Source: Marsupella aquatica (taxonomy: Eukaryota; Plantae; Marchantiophyta). Taken from it: a DNA stretch of 64,000 nucleotides. Each line of letters starts with the position of its first letter. Position 1 is the first letter of the stretch. Positions 34,082-47,356 of this stretch are shown here, in pieces. The notes under the pieces were generated by a model, which was not told where the DNA came from, did no database searches, and saw only the letters and a list, made by a program, of their open reading frames with translations. The translations under genes and the position numbers were made by a program. Location: the NCBI GenBank assembly GCA_973895155.1, contig OZ316898.1:15406330-15470329 (forward strand), written 5' to 3'.

Positions 34082-36701
34082 TTAGAACACATACTTAATG
34101 ATGGTCTTCACTCCAAGCCGATGCACCCTTACTTTGACCGGTTGTTCGCCCTCTTGCAAAGGGAGTTTTCTTGGAAACTCTAGGGCTGCTGCAAAACGAA
34201 GTTTGGTGTGTTCTCCGAGCTGTACCAAATGCTCATCAAATTCCACTCCTACATAGACATGCGTGTAGAGATTACGACAAAATTTATAAAACTTAAATGA
34301 TTTTTCTTGCCCTGAGGCATATCAACATCAGTGAAGCAATTGATCCTGTCAGTTTAGAATAGGTGTTCTTTTTGTACCTCCTGGGGTTAAATGGAATAAA
34401 TGACTTTTCTTGCCCTGAGGCATATCCACATCAGTGAAGCAATTGATCCTGTCAGTTGAGAATAGGTGTTCTTTTTGTACCTCCTGGGGTTAAATGGAAG
34501 CCAGATCCGAGAGGATTGAAGAAGTTCACCATCAGCCTTGCCCCAGTACTAGACCACATGTCCTCCAAACCCATCGTGAGAGGGATCCTGCAACCAACAA
34601 TACCAACTCAAAGACCCATTGTAGGGAAACGCTTAGCTATTAATACATAAGCACTGGTACTCATAGAAGGCCCATGAGCGCTAACAATTGAGAGAAAATG
34701 CGCACACCTATATTTGGCATTAATTGCCAGTCTGGTGCCCCCCAAAGGCCATTTCCCACGTAGTTCAATCTCCGGTTGTGGTAGTAGGTGTAAAGCAATG
34801 TGTCTGGCCTTGAACCGGAATCTTGGTTGTAGAAGTCCTTTATCTAGCTCTACATCTAATCCAAAGCCCATATTCAGGTTCCAATGCTGCCTTGAATTCC
34901 CAAGGAGATCGGGTGGAGCATCCCACACCTAAGTAGCAACGAGAAAAATTCGTTAAGCGGTGACGCATTTAAATGATCCTACGACGTCCAAATCCTAGCA
35001 GATCGTAAAACAAAGTGTAAGATAGTCTCTGAGAACGCATTCACCAAAAAAAAGAACATTCGACTCGCATGTTTCTTTCCTCTCCCATTTTTTGTTCTAT
35101 GGAATTCTCTTCAGAAAAAAACGCAAGTATCCCCTCCCTCTTTTTGAACTACAGAAACGGAAATGTTGCAATGGAAATAAGTTGCCATGCCAAAATAATG
35201 ACATTCATCTTGGAGTACATCTGAAGTCCAATTCTCAAGCTCCTTAACCCCGGCTAATCTCGATACCCCGGCGAGGATTTAAAATTCACTTCTACGGTAA
35301 CGTTTGTCTCTGCTCTGATGAAACAGTACTTGCTCATGCTACGCCGTTCATCGCACAATTCTTAGTTTCCATGGCGGCGAATATTCTCACTCAAAGACCC
35401 ATGGAAAACCCTCGACATGCTCTTCCAAAGTCAGTCTGTAGTCTGCTGAAACTGAGCCCAATTAGCCCCCTCTTCGCGGCTCAATTGAAGGACTCGAAGA
35501 GACGTAGTCGTATATGAACTCGCAATACACCAGTAAATCTGCCGAAAATGTGATTCTTGGCTCTGATCATCTTCTACATCTGAAAGAGGAGATTAGGGGA
35601 GGCAATACCTGCATAATCTTGAGTCGTGCACCACCTCCAGATATTCCATTGAACCAGCCTCTCGAACCTTGTGTCTCTTCGTCTTCGGAATGCACATGGG
35701 ACACGCAAATTAACAAATGTAACATCAAGTAGTCTAAACCCGAAAAGCAGTACGAGCCATTGTCTACGTATCAATATGAGCAGGAAAGCAAATGAAAACC
35801 ACAGCATTGGAACAGGAAGCTCCAATGTCAGAGAGCTCAAGATGGAAGGCCATCAGGATGCTAAACCCTGCACTATGCTGTGCATTAAAGCTAATGGTTA
35901 TCAGGAAGACAGGAAGCTCCGATTCCAGACAGCTCAATATGCCAGCCCAATACCATGCTAAACCCTGCATTGCGGTAACAATGCATTTTAATCTACATGC
36001 AAGCCGTTTGTGATCATGCAGCTGTGATGCATTCCGAAACATCTAATCGGATAACCAGGGGCATTCCTCTAGCACCAAGAAAGCGAGCCACATACGAGAA
36101 TACTGTCGATGACCAAAGCAATATTTCCACAAGAGACCCTAGTTATACGGGTGACATCGCATTATTTTCCACGCACTGTTGGTGCGCAAAGTAATGCAAG
36201 ATGATCTGTTTCAAAAAATGTGAGCTCACCATCGAAGTATTCCGGACCCCCGGAGGAAGAGACTGCGCCAGAGGGAACTGACCGATGCCGCCTTCCCTTG
36301 TTCAGAACTGGGCTATCGTAGGCTAGTGCCCGTCTCAAATCAATCCTCAGGACAGTGTGCGAACCACGCCATAACGGGCGAACCATCCTTGAAAACAGGT
36401 ATCCCCCAAGTGTCTCGTCTTTCTCCGGCTGTCCCATGAATGGCTCCCTGGGCCCCGGCGGCTCTCCGTACTCCGTGGGAAGATCTTCTCCATGCCTTCT
36501 GGGGTATGGAAATTCATCGAATTGATCGAGAGACGGAGGCGGAGGGGCGGACGATGGTTGGTGAAACCTATCCTGCAGCTGCTGCTGCCTCTCGTAGTAG
36601 TAAGAAGGTGGAGCTGATGGTTCATACCCTGACTTGTACTCGTTTCTGAAAGGATCATTCTGCTCGTAACTTCGACTGGAACGCGGATACGACTCCGCCA
36701 T
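34082..36701 (-). CDS. Spliced host gene of unknown function: Pro/Tyr-rich disordered N-terminus, beta-strand-rich C-terminal domain
   Basis: Phase-compatible GT-AG exons 36701-36230, ~35683 (or 35734)-35609, 34928-34708, 34587-34481, 34248-34082, ending VHRLGVKTIIKYVF*. Confidence 0.8.
34294..34499. repeat. 103-bp tandem duplication spanning an exon-intron junction
   Basis: 34294-34396 is nearly identical to 34397-34499. Both include the minus-strand donor CCAGGAG|GTACAA. Confidence 0.9.
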
Positions 36702-37331
36702 CGCTCACCACGACAGCTCTGCCATCCAATTCCTCAATTCAGATACACATGCACATCAATCGTGAACACAGTGGATCCAGGCCCGCTTCCCTCCTCTTGC
36801 TATCCACCGTTAACGGCGCACCGTTGTCCGCAGTCGCCAAATCTAATGTCGATCATCGGTTTGAACGAAGCGCCTTTCGAGTTCTGACACTTGTCCCTCA
36901 GAAGATTGGAGCGACTCGTCCAGTCACTTCCCACCATTTTGGTCTAGCCATTCACCCAATCTGATCGAGGTTCGAAATCACACCTCCGAGCTGCGGGATA
37001 TATCACAAATACCACATAATCTGAACGGACCCTTCTCTCACCTGCTCCCACAATCTCGTGTTTCTAATTTGCAATCACCAACTTGATGAGGTCACTGGCC
37101 TAGAAGAGTGGGTGGGTCACCTAGTGGTGAAAGTACCGAATTCTCCTCAACCCTGGCTGGTCGGCTTTGGGCTCTGGTATAAGTGAGTTGTGGAATTCAA
37201 CTCCTTTTAACATGTAGTTCCACTCTGGTTGACTTCAATTCCAAGTTCTTCTATGGCCAGCCCCCGGAACGCCATCCGGTTAGGATTAAGTATGGGGAGA
37301 ATAGTGGGCAAGGCGTTCAGCTGATGACGCA

Positions 37332-37753
37332 CACTAAAGACTTAAACTAGCTTGGGGTTGGTTGGGTCAGACGATGGGGCCGGGCTCAAAGTAGACCATT
37401 CGGACCCCCGGACGGACTTTGAATTTATGTGGGTTTGAATGAGAGCTCCTCTTGGGCCCAAGGCTAACATACGCTTGGCGCATGAGATACGGCGCGACCC
37501 AAATGCCGTCATTTGGGACACCTAAGTGACAACGGGTTCTGAGAACCTAGGCATGAGCACTGCGTCAGCCTGATCACAACAGGCTATGGACATCTAGTTA
37601 GAAAGTTATGGGCATAGCAAGGTAGTTGCGTGCCCATGTGTGCGGGTTGGAGTCCATGTTAGGGGCCAAATATAGGGGACCAAAGCCGGTACGGGGGTGG
37701 CAGGTCTCCATAAGCATATACGAGGGGAGTGATGTCTCCTTGGGGGCCAAGGG
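37332..37753 (+). repeat. Dispersed TE-derived repeat, copy 1 (related copy at ~58970-59404)
   Basis: Shared blocks ggacggactttga...gagagctc...gggcccaaggc, ctaggcatgagca, tagaaagttatgggcat, ggggtggcaggtctcca. Confidence 0.75.
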
Positions 37754-38029
37754 CTAGTACCGTCTTCCCCTGAACACAACGCCCACGCATTGTTTTCGAA
37801 AGTTGAAAATTTAGTGTCCTTATACAAAAAAGCATGTTTTCTTCGAACGCAACGCCACTTTTACACAGCGCCCGAGCGCTGTGTTTGAATTTGGCATTGT
37901 GTTTGGGGATGACGTTGTGTTCAAACTTGGGCATTATGTTCAAGTGAGGGGTTTGCTGTCGTGTCTTCCGTTACAATGAAGTGTTCGAAGTTGACAGTAT
38001 GTTGGAGTGAGGACATTGTGAAAGCAAAC

Positions 38030-39745
38030 AACCCAGTTTGCTGTGGGCTGATGATTTTATGCAGGATGGGCTTCAGCCTTAAAGCTAGGATCTTAGCAAT
38101 TACCTTATAGACTGTGTTCGACATTGTGAGTGGGCGCCAGTCTTTTAGATAGCGCTTATCCGGTTTCTTAGGGATGAGCTTGATGATTCCGTTGCAGATG
38201 TCAAGGTCAAGCTCTCCCGTGAGCCAAAAGGCCTGGATCATATCCACGAGATCCCCGCCAAGGAAATCCCAGCATGTCCTATACACTTATGCTGTCAATC
38301 CATCTGGTCCAAGGGACTTGTCCTTGGGGAGGAGCCATAGGACCTCCTTCACCTCCAGCGCGGTTGGAAGTGCATCCATCTTCTCAATCTCTGAGGCTGA
38401 TAGCGCAAAGTGGGTGTGGCGCAGTAGCTGCTCCCGGGCATGTAGCTGCTCCTCATTCTCAGCTTAGGATAGCTTGGGGGCGAGTAGAGTGTTGCGCAGA
38501 AGGTTTCCACTTCATCCAGAATTTTTGGGGGTCCGTAATAGAGCTTCCGTCACTCTTTGTCAGAGAGGATATTGACTCCCTAGAGCGCTTCACCTTCACA
38601 GTGGCAAAAACAAATCTGGTTGATTCATCTCCTTCCCCCAGCCACTTAACCCAAGCTAGACGCCGACCCCTATGCGCTTCTTCTATCTCTGATGCATGTA
38701 GTGAGTCTTCTACTTCCATATATTCCACCAGATGGCTCTCTGAATGTGAGTCAAGAATAGACGTCTTAAGAGTCCTCAAATGCGCCCTTAAGAATGCCAT
38801 CTCCTCCTCAGAATCTCTGGTCTTGGCTTGCAATTTCATGTAGGTCCTCCTTAGCCTGCTGCTAGCCTGTGCAAATTGGATGTGTGGGTCCATATAGATC
38901 TTTCCCATTCCTCCATCCAAGCAGCCTCCAACATCTGCACGTTCTCCACTCTCCTCAAAAGAGCCGGGTTAGCCATGAAAAATCTGAAGTGACCTCTTCC
39001 TTCTGCCAGAGGCCTCTCAGTGAGTGATCACAGGATCATGATGCGACAAGGCAGAGCCCCCATCATGAATAAGCTTTGTAATTTCTCCAATCCACCATCC
39101 TTGTTCACTTACATAGAATCTGTCCAGTCAGGATTGCATCCATTCCCCATTCCGAGTCCTCCTCTAGGTGAACATAGGTCCCGCTGCTGCACCTTTAACA
39201 TCGCACACATCCGCCAGGTTGAATCGCATCTTGAGAAATCTCCAAAATTCTGCTTCTCTGCCACAAATTAAAGGGGAAGCCCCTGTAGAATCACCTTGGC
39301 GTTCTGTCATATTGAAGTCTCCGCAAATGACCCACTGTTCCTGTGGTAGCCCCGTCTTGAGATTGTTCCACAGCAATGCCCTTAGTCGTGGCGAGTTAGG
39401 AGCGTAGATGCCAGCGACCCCAAATCTCCTTGATGCCCCCTCCACAATTACCCAGACAGCCCTGCCCAAGTGCAGCTTGCCCGATCCTACAACCTTCAGA
39501 GTAGGATGAACAAGCAATGCTATGCTGCCTCTCCCTTTGTCAAGCTCCGATGAGAAGTGTTGGTAATCGGGAAGAATTTCTCTCATTGCCAAATCCAGTC
39601 AAAATTGGTCCGTCTTAACCTCTTGAAGTGCCATAATACCTAGAGGTGATCTTAAAGATTGCACCCAATTTTTGACTACGTGTTTCCTATTTGCTTCAAA
39701 CAGCCCGCATACATCCTATGAAGCAATTCTATACAAATCTGCCAT
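38030..39745 (-). mobile_element. L1/Tx1-like LINE ORF2 fragment (AP endonuclease plus start of RT), pseudogenised and 3'-truncated
   Basis: IMALQEVK, IYAPN, ICGDFN, SDH, WLGEGDESTRF, KSLGPDG, IKLIPK...DWRPLT...YKVIAKILALRL...QTG. Confidence 0.92.
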
Positions 39746-39907
39746 TCCCCTGTTATGAAGATGAGATAGAACACGTCACATATCACATAACATCCCCCCC
39801 GCCAAGGGTCTAAAGGTGGATGCGTCCTCTTGGGGACAGCCCACTGACCCCAACGCTCCTCAGTCTGCTGGCCGTTAGAGAAGGTGAATCCCCCATCGGG
39901 GAGTCAG

Positions 39908-41372
39908 TGTGGTACCTCCCATGGCTCCCTAAACCCAAGAAACCCCCTGCACAAGCCGATTCCCGTAGGTTTCGCTCTCGGCGAGGCCGGTTCCGCGACT
40001 TATCGACATGGGATGCTGCTAATTCTTCTACTAACATTTTACACACATATACTGGACAGATCCTTCATCGGGTCATGAGATAAGTAGCCGGCCTATTCTA
40101 TGCCTTCCCTTGTTTTCCTCTCCTGGTCTCCCTTTAGGTATGTTTGGATTCCGCCGTCGGAATGATCCCCAATTGGCTTGGGTTAGCCGCTAAGACCTCT
40201 CTCAACTCAACACATCCAACTCTTACTACCTTGCTTACTTCCCTTCTCTCTTGGTTGATGTGGGCCAATCTTCAAACAAGTTAATGCGACACACAAATAG
40301 CAAAATAACTCCTTCTGATTGAGTTATACCATGCACTTGCCATACAAACAGTACTTCTCATACACAAGATCTGTGAACTAAGCCGTGAGGCCAACTCTAT
40401 TCAGCTCTTAGGCATGAGGAACATGAATATACACAAGGGTCACTGTATAACTAACCGAGAGCTTCTTTTAATATTTGATCCCAGCCTTGCTGGTGCACTA
40501 AAAACTTGCTAAAGAAGAAGGCCCTCAACTCCCCGCTGCCCAGGTACTTATCCTGACAGTGGATCCGCCTAAGTCCTTGTAGCGTAAGCCTAATCTATCC
40601 TAACTATAATCTACTTATGTACAACAAGGCAAGAGCACCAGTGTTGCTCTTACCAATGGATCCACAATTCCACTAATCTAAGTGTCAGGGCCGCCTCTTG
40701 GTCCTGATCCTAATTCTAAACTTGGAGATTTGTGCTCGCCCTGCCCACTCACGCCTCCTCCCTCCACGTCCGCCCTCCCTAAAAGGAGCGACCCTCCACC
40801 ACTGTCATGGTAGCGGTGGCTGATCCTCAATGGACGCCCCCAATGCTTCCTCCGCAGCCACTGCCGTAGGTCCGTCCTCTCACAGATTACCTGCCCCAGA
40901 CCGAGTCAACTCTCCCACGGCCTGACCGGGTCCACCCTCGGCTTCGGCCTCAGCTTTGGCTACGGCCTCCTTGGCCTACTCTTGTGATAGATCCGCTACC
41001 ACGGCTTCATCAATGATTTTCCCGGCCTCGGCCTTGCCATCCCCGCCTTCTAGGACAACCAAATCCTCTGCCGTGACCTTGCCTGATGCCGGTGCCGTGT
41101 TCTCCTCTTTGGTCATGGTGGCCTGAGAAGCCGCGTTGCTCCCTGACCCGGAAGGTTTCCGCTTCTTCTTCTTTCCTTGTTTGGCAGCTGGTCCCTTCCC
41201 CTTGCCGATTACCTCTGGCATTGGTGCAAGTGCCGCGGCTTGTCCCTTGGTCAGTACTACCCCTGGCAACCTTGTTGCCACAATTGGTGATTGAACTGAT
41301 GAGGCCAAACACTTAAATACTACGGCTTGTTTCTTCAGCCGCTCCGTTGGGTTGTCGGCCCGTCTTTGGATA
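39908..41372 (-). mobile_element. Diverged 3' part (~1.45 kb) of the giant LTR, including the end of the LTR gene and the CA terminus
   Basis: Reverse-complement homology to ~3460-4903. Peptide RRADNPTERLKKQAVVFKCL...GKGKGPAA...KKKRKPSGS. The LTR end ...ACCACA is at 39908. Confidence 0.92.
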
Positions 41373-42199
41373 CAACACGGTTGCAGCCGTATCACATCTG
41401 GCTCATGATTGGCATGCCGTGGGGGCTGCCTCTGGTGCAGGCCTCTGATATTGTTTTGGGCTTTTTCACATAGTTGCTTTGGCTTCCATGCACATTTTTG
41501 TGTTGTGTGCCGTTTTTTGGGTCCTCGGGAGTTCTCGGGGTGGCCTTCTGGGCTGGTTGTTGGTTGGGGGTTCCCCTCTGTAGTTTGGGGTCCTGGTTTT
41601 GTGTGCTTGTTTGGCTGTCTATTTGCCCTGGCCGTGGGGCTTTTTGCGGCCGCCATATTATTTTATTAAAAAATCATTTCAAGGAAAAATGCAACAGGCT
41701 GATTTGAAGATAAAATCACTTGAAAAGATGCACATCGAGTTGGCGGCCAATTGGAAGTGAAGGAGTATAAGGTTCAATTATATGATAAGATGGAAGAAAT
41801 CAAGAAGCTGAAAAATGGCTTGGTGAACAAGAAGGCTAATCAAATACAGTGGCAGAACCTGAGGAGAAGGACAGAGTCATCAACAATCTTAAGAATCAAC
41901 TTGCATTGCTCGGCATTGCCCTTGCTAAACTTCATTGCCCCCTACTCTCCCCATACTTAGTCCCCACCAGATGACGGTTTTGAAGGCCTGGACCATAGAG
42001 GAGCTCAGCGTCGGACTCAGTGACGCTAGAGCTAAGTGTTAGGGAAGTCAAGTTCAGGGATTGAATGCCTGTCCGGTACCATTGCCCATCTTCTACTCTT
42101 TCTTGGGCACACACCTCCTTCCCCCCAAACTGAAAATTACAGACCTTGCGTCTATGCTTCTTTTGCTCAGATTTCCTTGGGCACACACATTGTGCCTTG

Positions 42200-43690
42200 A
42201 AAACTCAAAAACAGTAGCTTCTTCACAACTACATCTTTTACAAAACGACAATTTTTTGCAATGACAACAACAATATATAATTTTTGCAATGACCTTTTTT
42301 GTCACAACAACATATTTTACGCATCACATACTTTATGCATCAACATACTTTATGTAAATAAATATATTTTTTGCAAATAATATCTTTTACAGAAAGACAG
42401 TTTTCATGCGAACAAATTCTTTTGCGTAACAACATCTATCAGCATACCCTATGTAACATCTTTACACAATGACATTCTTTCATGCAAACACAATCTATTG
42501 CACGACAACATCTTTTGTGCAACACAGTGGTATTGTGCTATTTTAAATGATAACTTTTCCACAAATATCACCTTTACACAATATCATCGTTTCACAATGA
42601 CATCTTCTCTACAACCCAACATCTTTTACAAAACATCATTTTTGCAATGACATTTTTGCACAACGTTGTATTTATCAAAATGTCATCTTTTTGGCAAACA
42701 ACCAGGCAAACAACATCACTTGAACTGCATCTTTTTTGCAATGACATATTTTCTACAATTAAATCATTTATACAAAAATATATTTCTGCAAATATACAAC
42801 ATCTTTTACGTATAGACAACTTTTGCACAATGATACCATTGTTGCATACAACATCTCTGATAGAACAACTCTTTTTTCACAAATGACATCTTTTCCACAA
42901 ACAACATCTGTTACACAACATCTTTTTTGAAACATTATCTTTTTCACAAATGACACCTTTTGTGTAATGTCATCTTTTCTGCAGAGGATATCTTTTCCGC
43001 AACAGTATGTTCTACGCAATGACATCTTTTCCACATACAACATCTTTTACGCATATGACATCTTTTACATATTGACATTTTTGTGTAGTAATATAGTTTG
43101 TGCAATGCACATAACGACATCATTTTTATAAAGACATCTTGGGTGACACTACATTTGTTTTTTGTTGCCTTGAAAACCGAAAGCAGGGCCCATCCAACAG
43201 AGGATGGACGTCCTGCTTTGGAGCATGCTTTTTATGTAGGGCAGCCACAAGGGGACAATACCCAGGGATCCAACAGGGACCCAAACCAGGAAGGAGAGAG
43301 TATTCAACCAGAACCCAAAGTGGACAACCAGGGCTGAGGAGATAATCAATACTCCCACCACTACATCCCACCCACACACACATACCCTCCACACCCCTTA
43401 TGTGTGGAGGGAGGATTGAACCTGGGGACTCTCGGTTCTAGGTTCATCCTCTGGCCAACTGACCAAAGCGAGTTGGTTTGGACACACTACATCTTTTTGT
43501 GTTAACAATATCTTGGACAACATAACATTTTTTTGTAAATGACATCTTAGGCAAGTTGACAACATCTTTTTTTGCAACCACATCTTGCGTTACATGACAT
43601 ATTTTTTCTTAAGTATATCTTGGGTCACACGTCATTTTGTTCACTCCATATGTATTTTTAACTACATTTTTTGTGCAACACAGATTTATC
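42200..43690. repeat. AT-rich degenerate satellite-like array (ACAACATCTTTT / ATGACATCTTTT motifs)
   Basis: Dozens of imperfect acatcttttt-type units. Confidence 0.75.
43155..43483 (-). mobile_element. tRNA-derived SINE
   Basis: Minus-strand A-box TGGTCAGTTGG (43465-43455) and B-box GGTTCAATCC (43422-43413), A-rich tail, TSD ACACTACAT at 43146-43154 and 43484-43492. Confidence 0.78.
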
Positions 43691-44769
43691 GAACTAGTAT
43701 TTTCATATTTTGATGTGTACCTGCGGGTCAGGTTGCTACGGTAAAAACCCCTCCTTACGAAACAGAATGGGTTGGGTACTGGGTTGCCGACTTGCCGACT
43801 TGCCGACTTGCCGACTCTTGGCTACCGCGGTACGTAAGTTGCCTTGGGCTTTGAAATGCCCTGCCGGTCATGTCGTGCATTCCTACCCTCCCGGAGGTCA
43901 TATGCAAGCGATTGTAGATCCTCCTAACATTGATGGGATACCTCACTGGATCTCGAGAACCGCGAAAGTCTCGTGGTTGGAAAGTACTGTTGTAGACATT
44001 CGCTGACTTTCCGGAGAACCGCACCTACACAGGTTCCGCCCATTCGCTACAGACACCACTGATCAGATGCTAGATGGACGGTCATAACTCAGCCCTCAAC
44101 GTTGGAGCATTACTTCACCATCGATCGATCGAAGGTGATGGGAGGGCTGAGATGGGGGACAACTTATTAGCGGTTTCTTGCGGAGATTGGCTACGAGGGA
44201 CACCATGCGGCCGCCTCAGAGCAGTCAAGGCCCTTAATGGTGAGCGCCTGTTTTGTGGCACAGTGACAAGACGGTCCGCCCCAAAATACCTTGTTACAGC
44301 TGCGCGGGGCTACTAATCATGCGCAGGTCCATCTGATGATTCGGTAGTTTAGAATCTTTCAAAAGTTTTGTACGCGAGTTTTTTGTGCGCGAGTTTTTTG
44401 TGCATTTGGTCGTTCAAGCCTGGGTCTGGGAGAATGTTGATATGGTACCGGACCGACGGGTGCTCGAAGAGTTGCGCGTGTTGAGCGCTCGTTGATCAGT
44501 GCAACTGCCAAGGGTGGATACTTCAAAAGGTAAATGTAGCCACTTTCTTCCGCCCGCGGGCAGGTGGAGTGCGCGCCTTCGGGAGTGCGCGGTGCCCAAG
44601 GAGGGAGAGAAAACATGCTCACAAACGAAGGCGTTGAAAGGCTCTACTCCTCACTTGTGCCTAATTTACTAATCAGTAAAGTTAATATTATATTACGAGC
44701 CCTATGCCAGTGCGTTGCACTGTGCAAGGAGGGCCGGTCCCATAGGGAGAATTCAATCAATCGCATGTT

Positions 44770-44985
44770 ATGGGGGGGCGAGCAAAGCAGGAGGGCGCGA
44801 AGCCCTATGGAGGGGGGCGAGCGAGGCTGGAGGGCACGAAGCCCTATGGAGGGGGGCGAGCGAGGTAAGAGGGCGCGAAGCCCTATGGAGGGGGGCGAGC
44901 GAGGCTCATGCCTCCTTCATTCGCCACGGACGGGGGAGCAGGGGTGTCGGGGCCAGGAGGGGCGCGAAGCCCTATGGAGGGGGCT
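44770..44985. repeat. GC-rich minisatellite, 39-bp unit
   Basis: agggcgcgaagccctatggaggggggcgagcgagg repeated ~3.5 times, plus a partial copy. Confidence 0.9.
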
Positions 44986-47356
44986 GCGCATGCCTGAGTG
45001 CCTCATTCAATCTGGTGCATGCCTCGTTTCACAATCGGACAGCTACGAAAAATGAGATGCTTGTATCTGACGGTTAAGACTGATTCCCGCTGAAATTTGA
45101 ATTCGTAACGGGACGACGGACGAAAGTGGCCAAATGGGCGGGATTGTGTATTATAGTGTTAGATTTGTCGTTTGAGACCGAAATGAATAAATGCACGGGC
45201 CGTGCTAAAAGCCAAAATTGCACGTAGACTTGAGCTCACTGGGGTAATAATTATATGTTACTTCCATGTCGTCGGAAGTCAGAGTTACCGGATTCACGGG
45301 AGTGCACAAGTTCGGCGGGAGTGGAGCAGTAGCAGAACAGAGAGAGCCTTTTCCGAAGGAAATTACGGATTCTCCGGTAGGGTTGACCGACAAGCCTGTG
45401 CAAGTGTGCACTTTCCCCCCTGCCTCTTTTCTCCTCACCGCCTCAGCCCTCAGAGCTCGTAGCTCTCGTTCATAATTATGCGGTCGGCGGGTCACGGCAA
45501 AGGGACGGGCAGGGGCAGGACACAGGATCTGACGAGAGACGACGCTTGCTCATGACTCCTTTGCAAACACAGTACAGGACAGTACAGTACACCCGAGGGC
45601 GAGGAGTAAGTTGCACAGGCAGGAGGACAAAAGCAGGAAGGCAGCTTCTCCTTGCTTGTGTTTTACTCTGCACTCCTCCCGCATCCGGGGGCGGGCGGGG
45701 CGGAGCAAGGCAATGCGCGGGACAAGACAGAAGGGGCAGACAACGAACTTATCTCTGCGTGTATTCTCTCGCATCCATCCTCCGGCATTGGGGGGCGAGG
45801 CGAGAGCGGGGCAAGGGCAGCAGGGCACGAGTAGAGAAAGAAGACAGGGTAGGACGGGTTGCAATGCTTGCGGCAGTGATATTGAAGTATAGGAAGTCGT
45901 CCTCATTTGCTAGTTTCGATACGGTTGGCGTGGCTTCATTTGAAGTTCTACGCCGGGACTTCTCGTTCATCGCCTCTCCCTTCGTGAACGGCCTCCGCAG
46001 CGACTAATGTTTTGTCATTTTCGTTGCGACTGAGCTTGTCATTTCACTTGAAGGAAGCTCCAGCTCCCGGCCATCAGCACGAAGGATCAGTCGTCTTAGT
46101 GCTTGTGCTTGCGTCTCGACCGACCCCTACGCCTACGGTGCTTCCTACTATGGCTGCGTTTGCACTACGCCAGGTCATTGACGAGACATTTCAAACCGCG
46201 TCTCGCTGTCCTCGCATGTGAGGTACTTGGCTCTGTCGCGGCCCTCCGCCTTCTCTTTGCCATTCCTCCCCTCCGTGCGGACGATAGACTGGATAGTACG
46301 GTGGCCACACTCGTCCCAAAATCTCACCGTTTCAGTTCGGTGTTTTGCTCCTTGTTTCTCGAGGTTTGTTTGAAGAATCTCACTGGTCGTACCTATTACA
46401 TTGTTTCTCTCAGACAAATGCTACCTGTTCTCCTGGTATGTGATTGAACTGTCGGTCGTCCATTTCCGTAGTGACTTCCCCAGGAGCTGTTACTGTGGAA
46501 TGGATCATCTGGATTTTTGTGTTCTGCACAGTCACGCCGCTTTTGATCTCATGGTGGCTGCAGGGAGCTTGTCAACCCTCGGCTCTGTGGGGCTACTTCT
46601 GCTTTAATGCGCGTCCCCCTCATTCGAGTGAAAGGCAGGTGCATCCACGTGCATCAAGGGAGAAGGAGAAGGGAGTCCGATTGTGATGCAGGTGCCGACT
46701 TGTGGAGTATGTACTGCGGACATCGTTCTCTTCAGCGCACGAGCTAGCCTGGACCCTTTGTTGTGGATAATGATACGAGGAATGCGTACTTATGGTTCCT
46801 GAAGTTGTGTTCGTGATGGAATCGCCCCAAGGTATAGTTGCCTCCGAATTCGTATCGGACTTCTGTTATCCTGCGAGTTTGAGGGAATTGCAAACGAAAA
46901 GATGGTGCCTTACCCCAAGCGTGACCAGCACTTATTCCTGGGGTGTCGCAAGGCGCACATCTTCATTCTGTCTGGCGCCTCATGTCGGACTGCATTGCCT
47001 TGTAGATCGGACAATGGCTGAGGTTTCGGCTCCCAATTCTCTTCTATAACTTAAGAACCGTTTCTCAGTAGTGAATGAAACGCTGGAGTACGCAACTAAG
47101 TCCAAGCACCGAATAAATCTTCTCATTCAACTGCCTGAACAAATGGTTTGACACGACCAAATCATTTACTGCTCCCAGAACAGGGTTTGTTATTACCGGA
47201 GCGTCAGATCGTGAGCTGAAAACTTGCAGCGGATCCTCCGTCTGATATCCTCGTTTCCATTTTCACCCCAAGTCTACTTCGTGGGACTCCTCGACTTCCC
47301 CTCCCCTTAACACAATCATTGAGAAGCTTTCTTCCTCGCAAGAGGAAAAGGCAGAG

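Noticed and set aside
17162-41372. The minus-strand LTR fragments at 17-19 kb and 40-41 kb as two ends of one element or one solo LTR
   Set aside because: Different divergence from the young copy, no PBS after 39908, no gag-pol between them, and non-matching flanks (CTCCT vs GTCAG).
43405-43480. tRNA gene
   Set aside because: A and B boxes are present, but I could not build a cloverleaf; the tail and TSD indicate a SINE head.
44564-45077. ORFs with RARSPMEGGERG repeats, and a CRISPR-like reading of this and the 17036 array
   Set aside because: Simple tandem repeats without unique spacers, in eukaryotic DNA with no cas genes.
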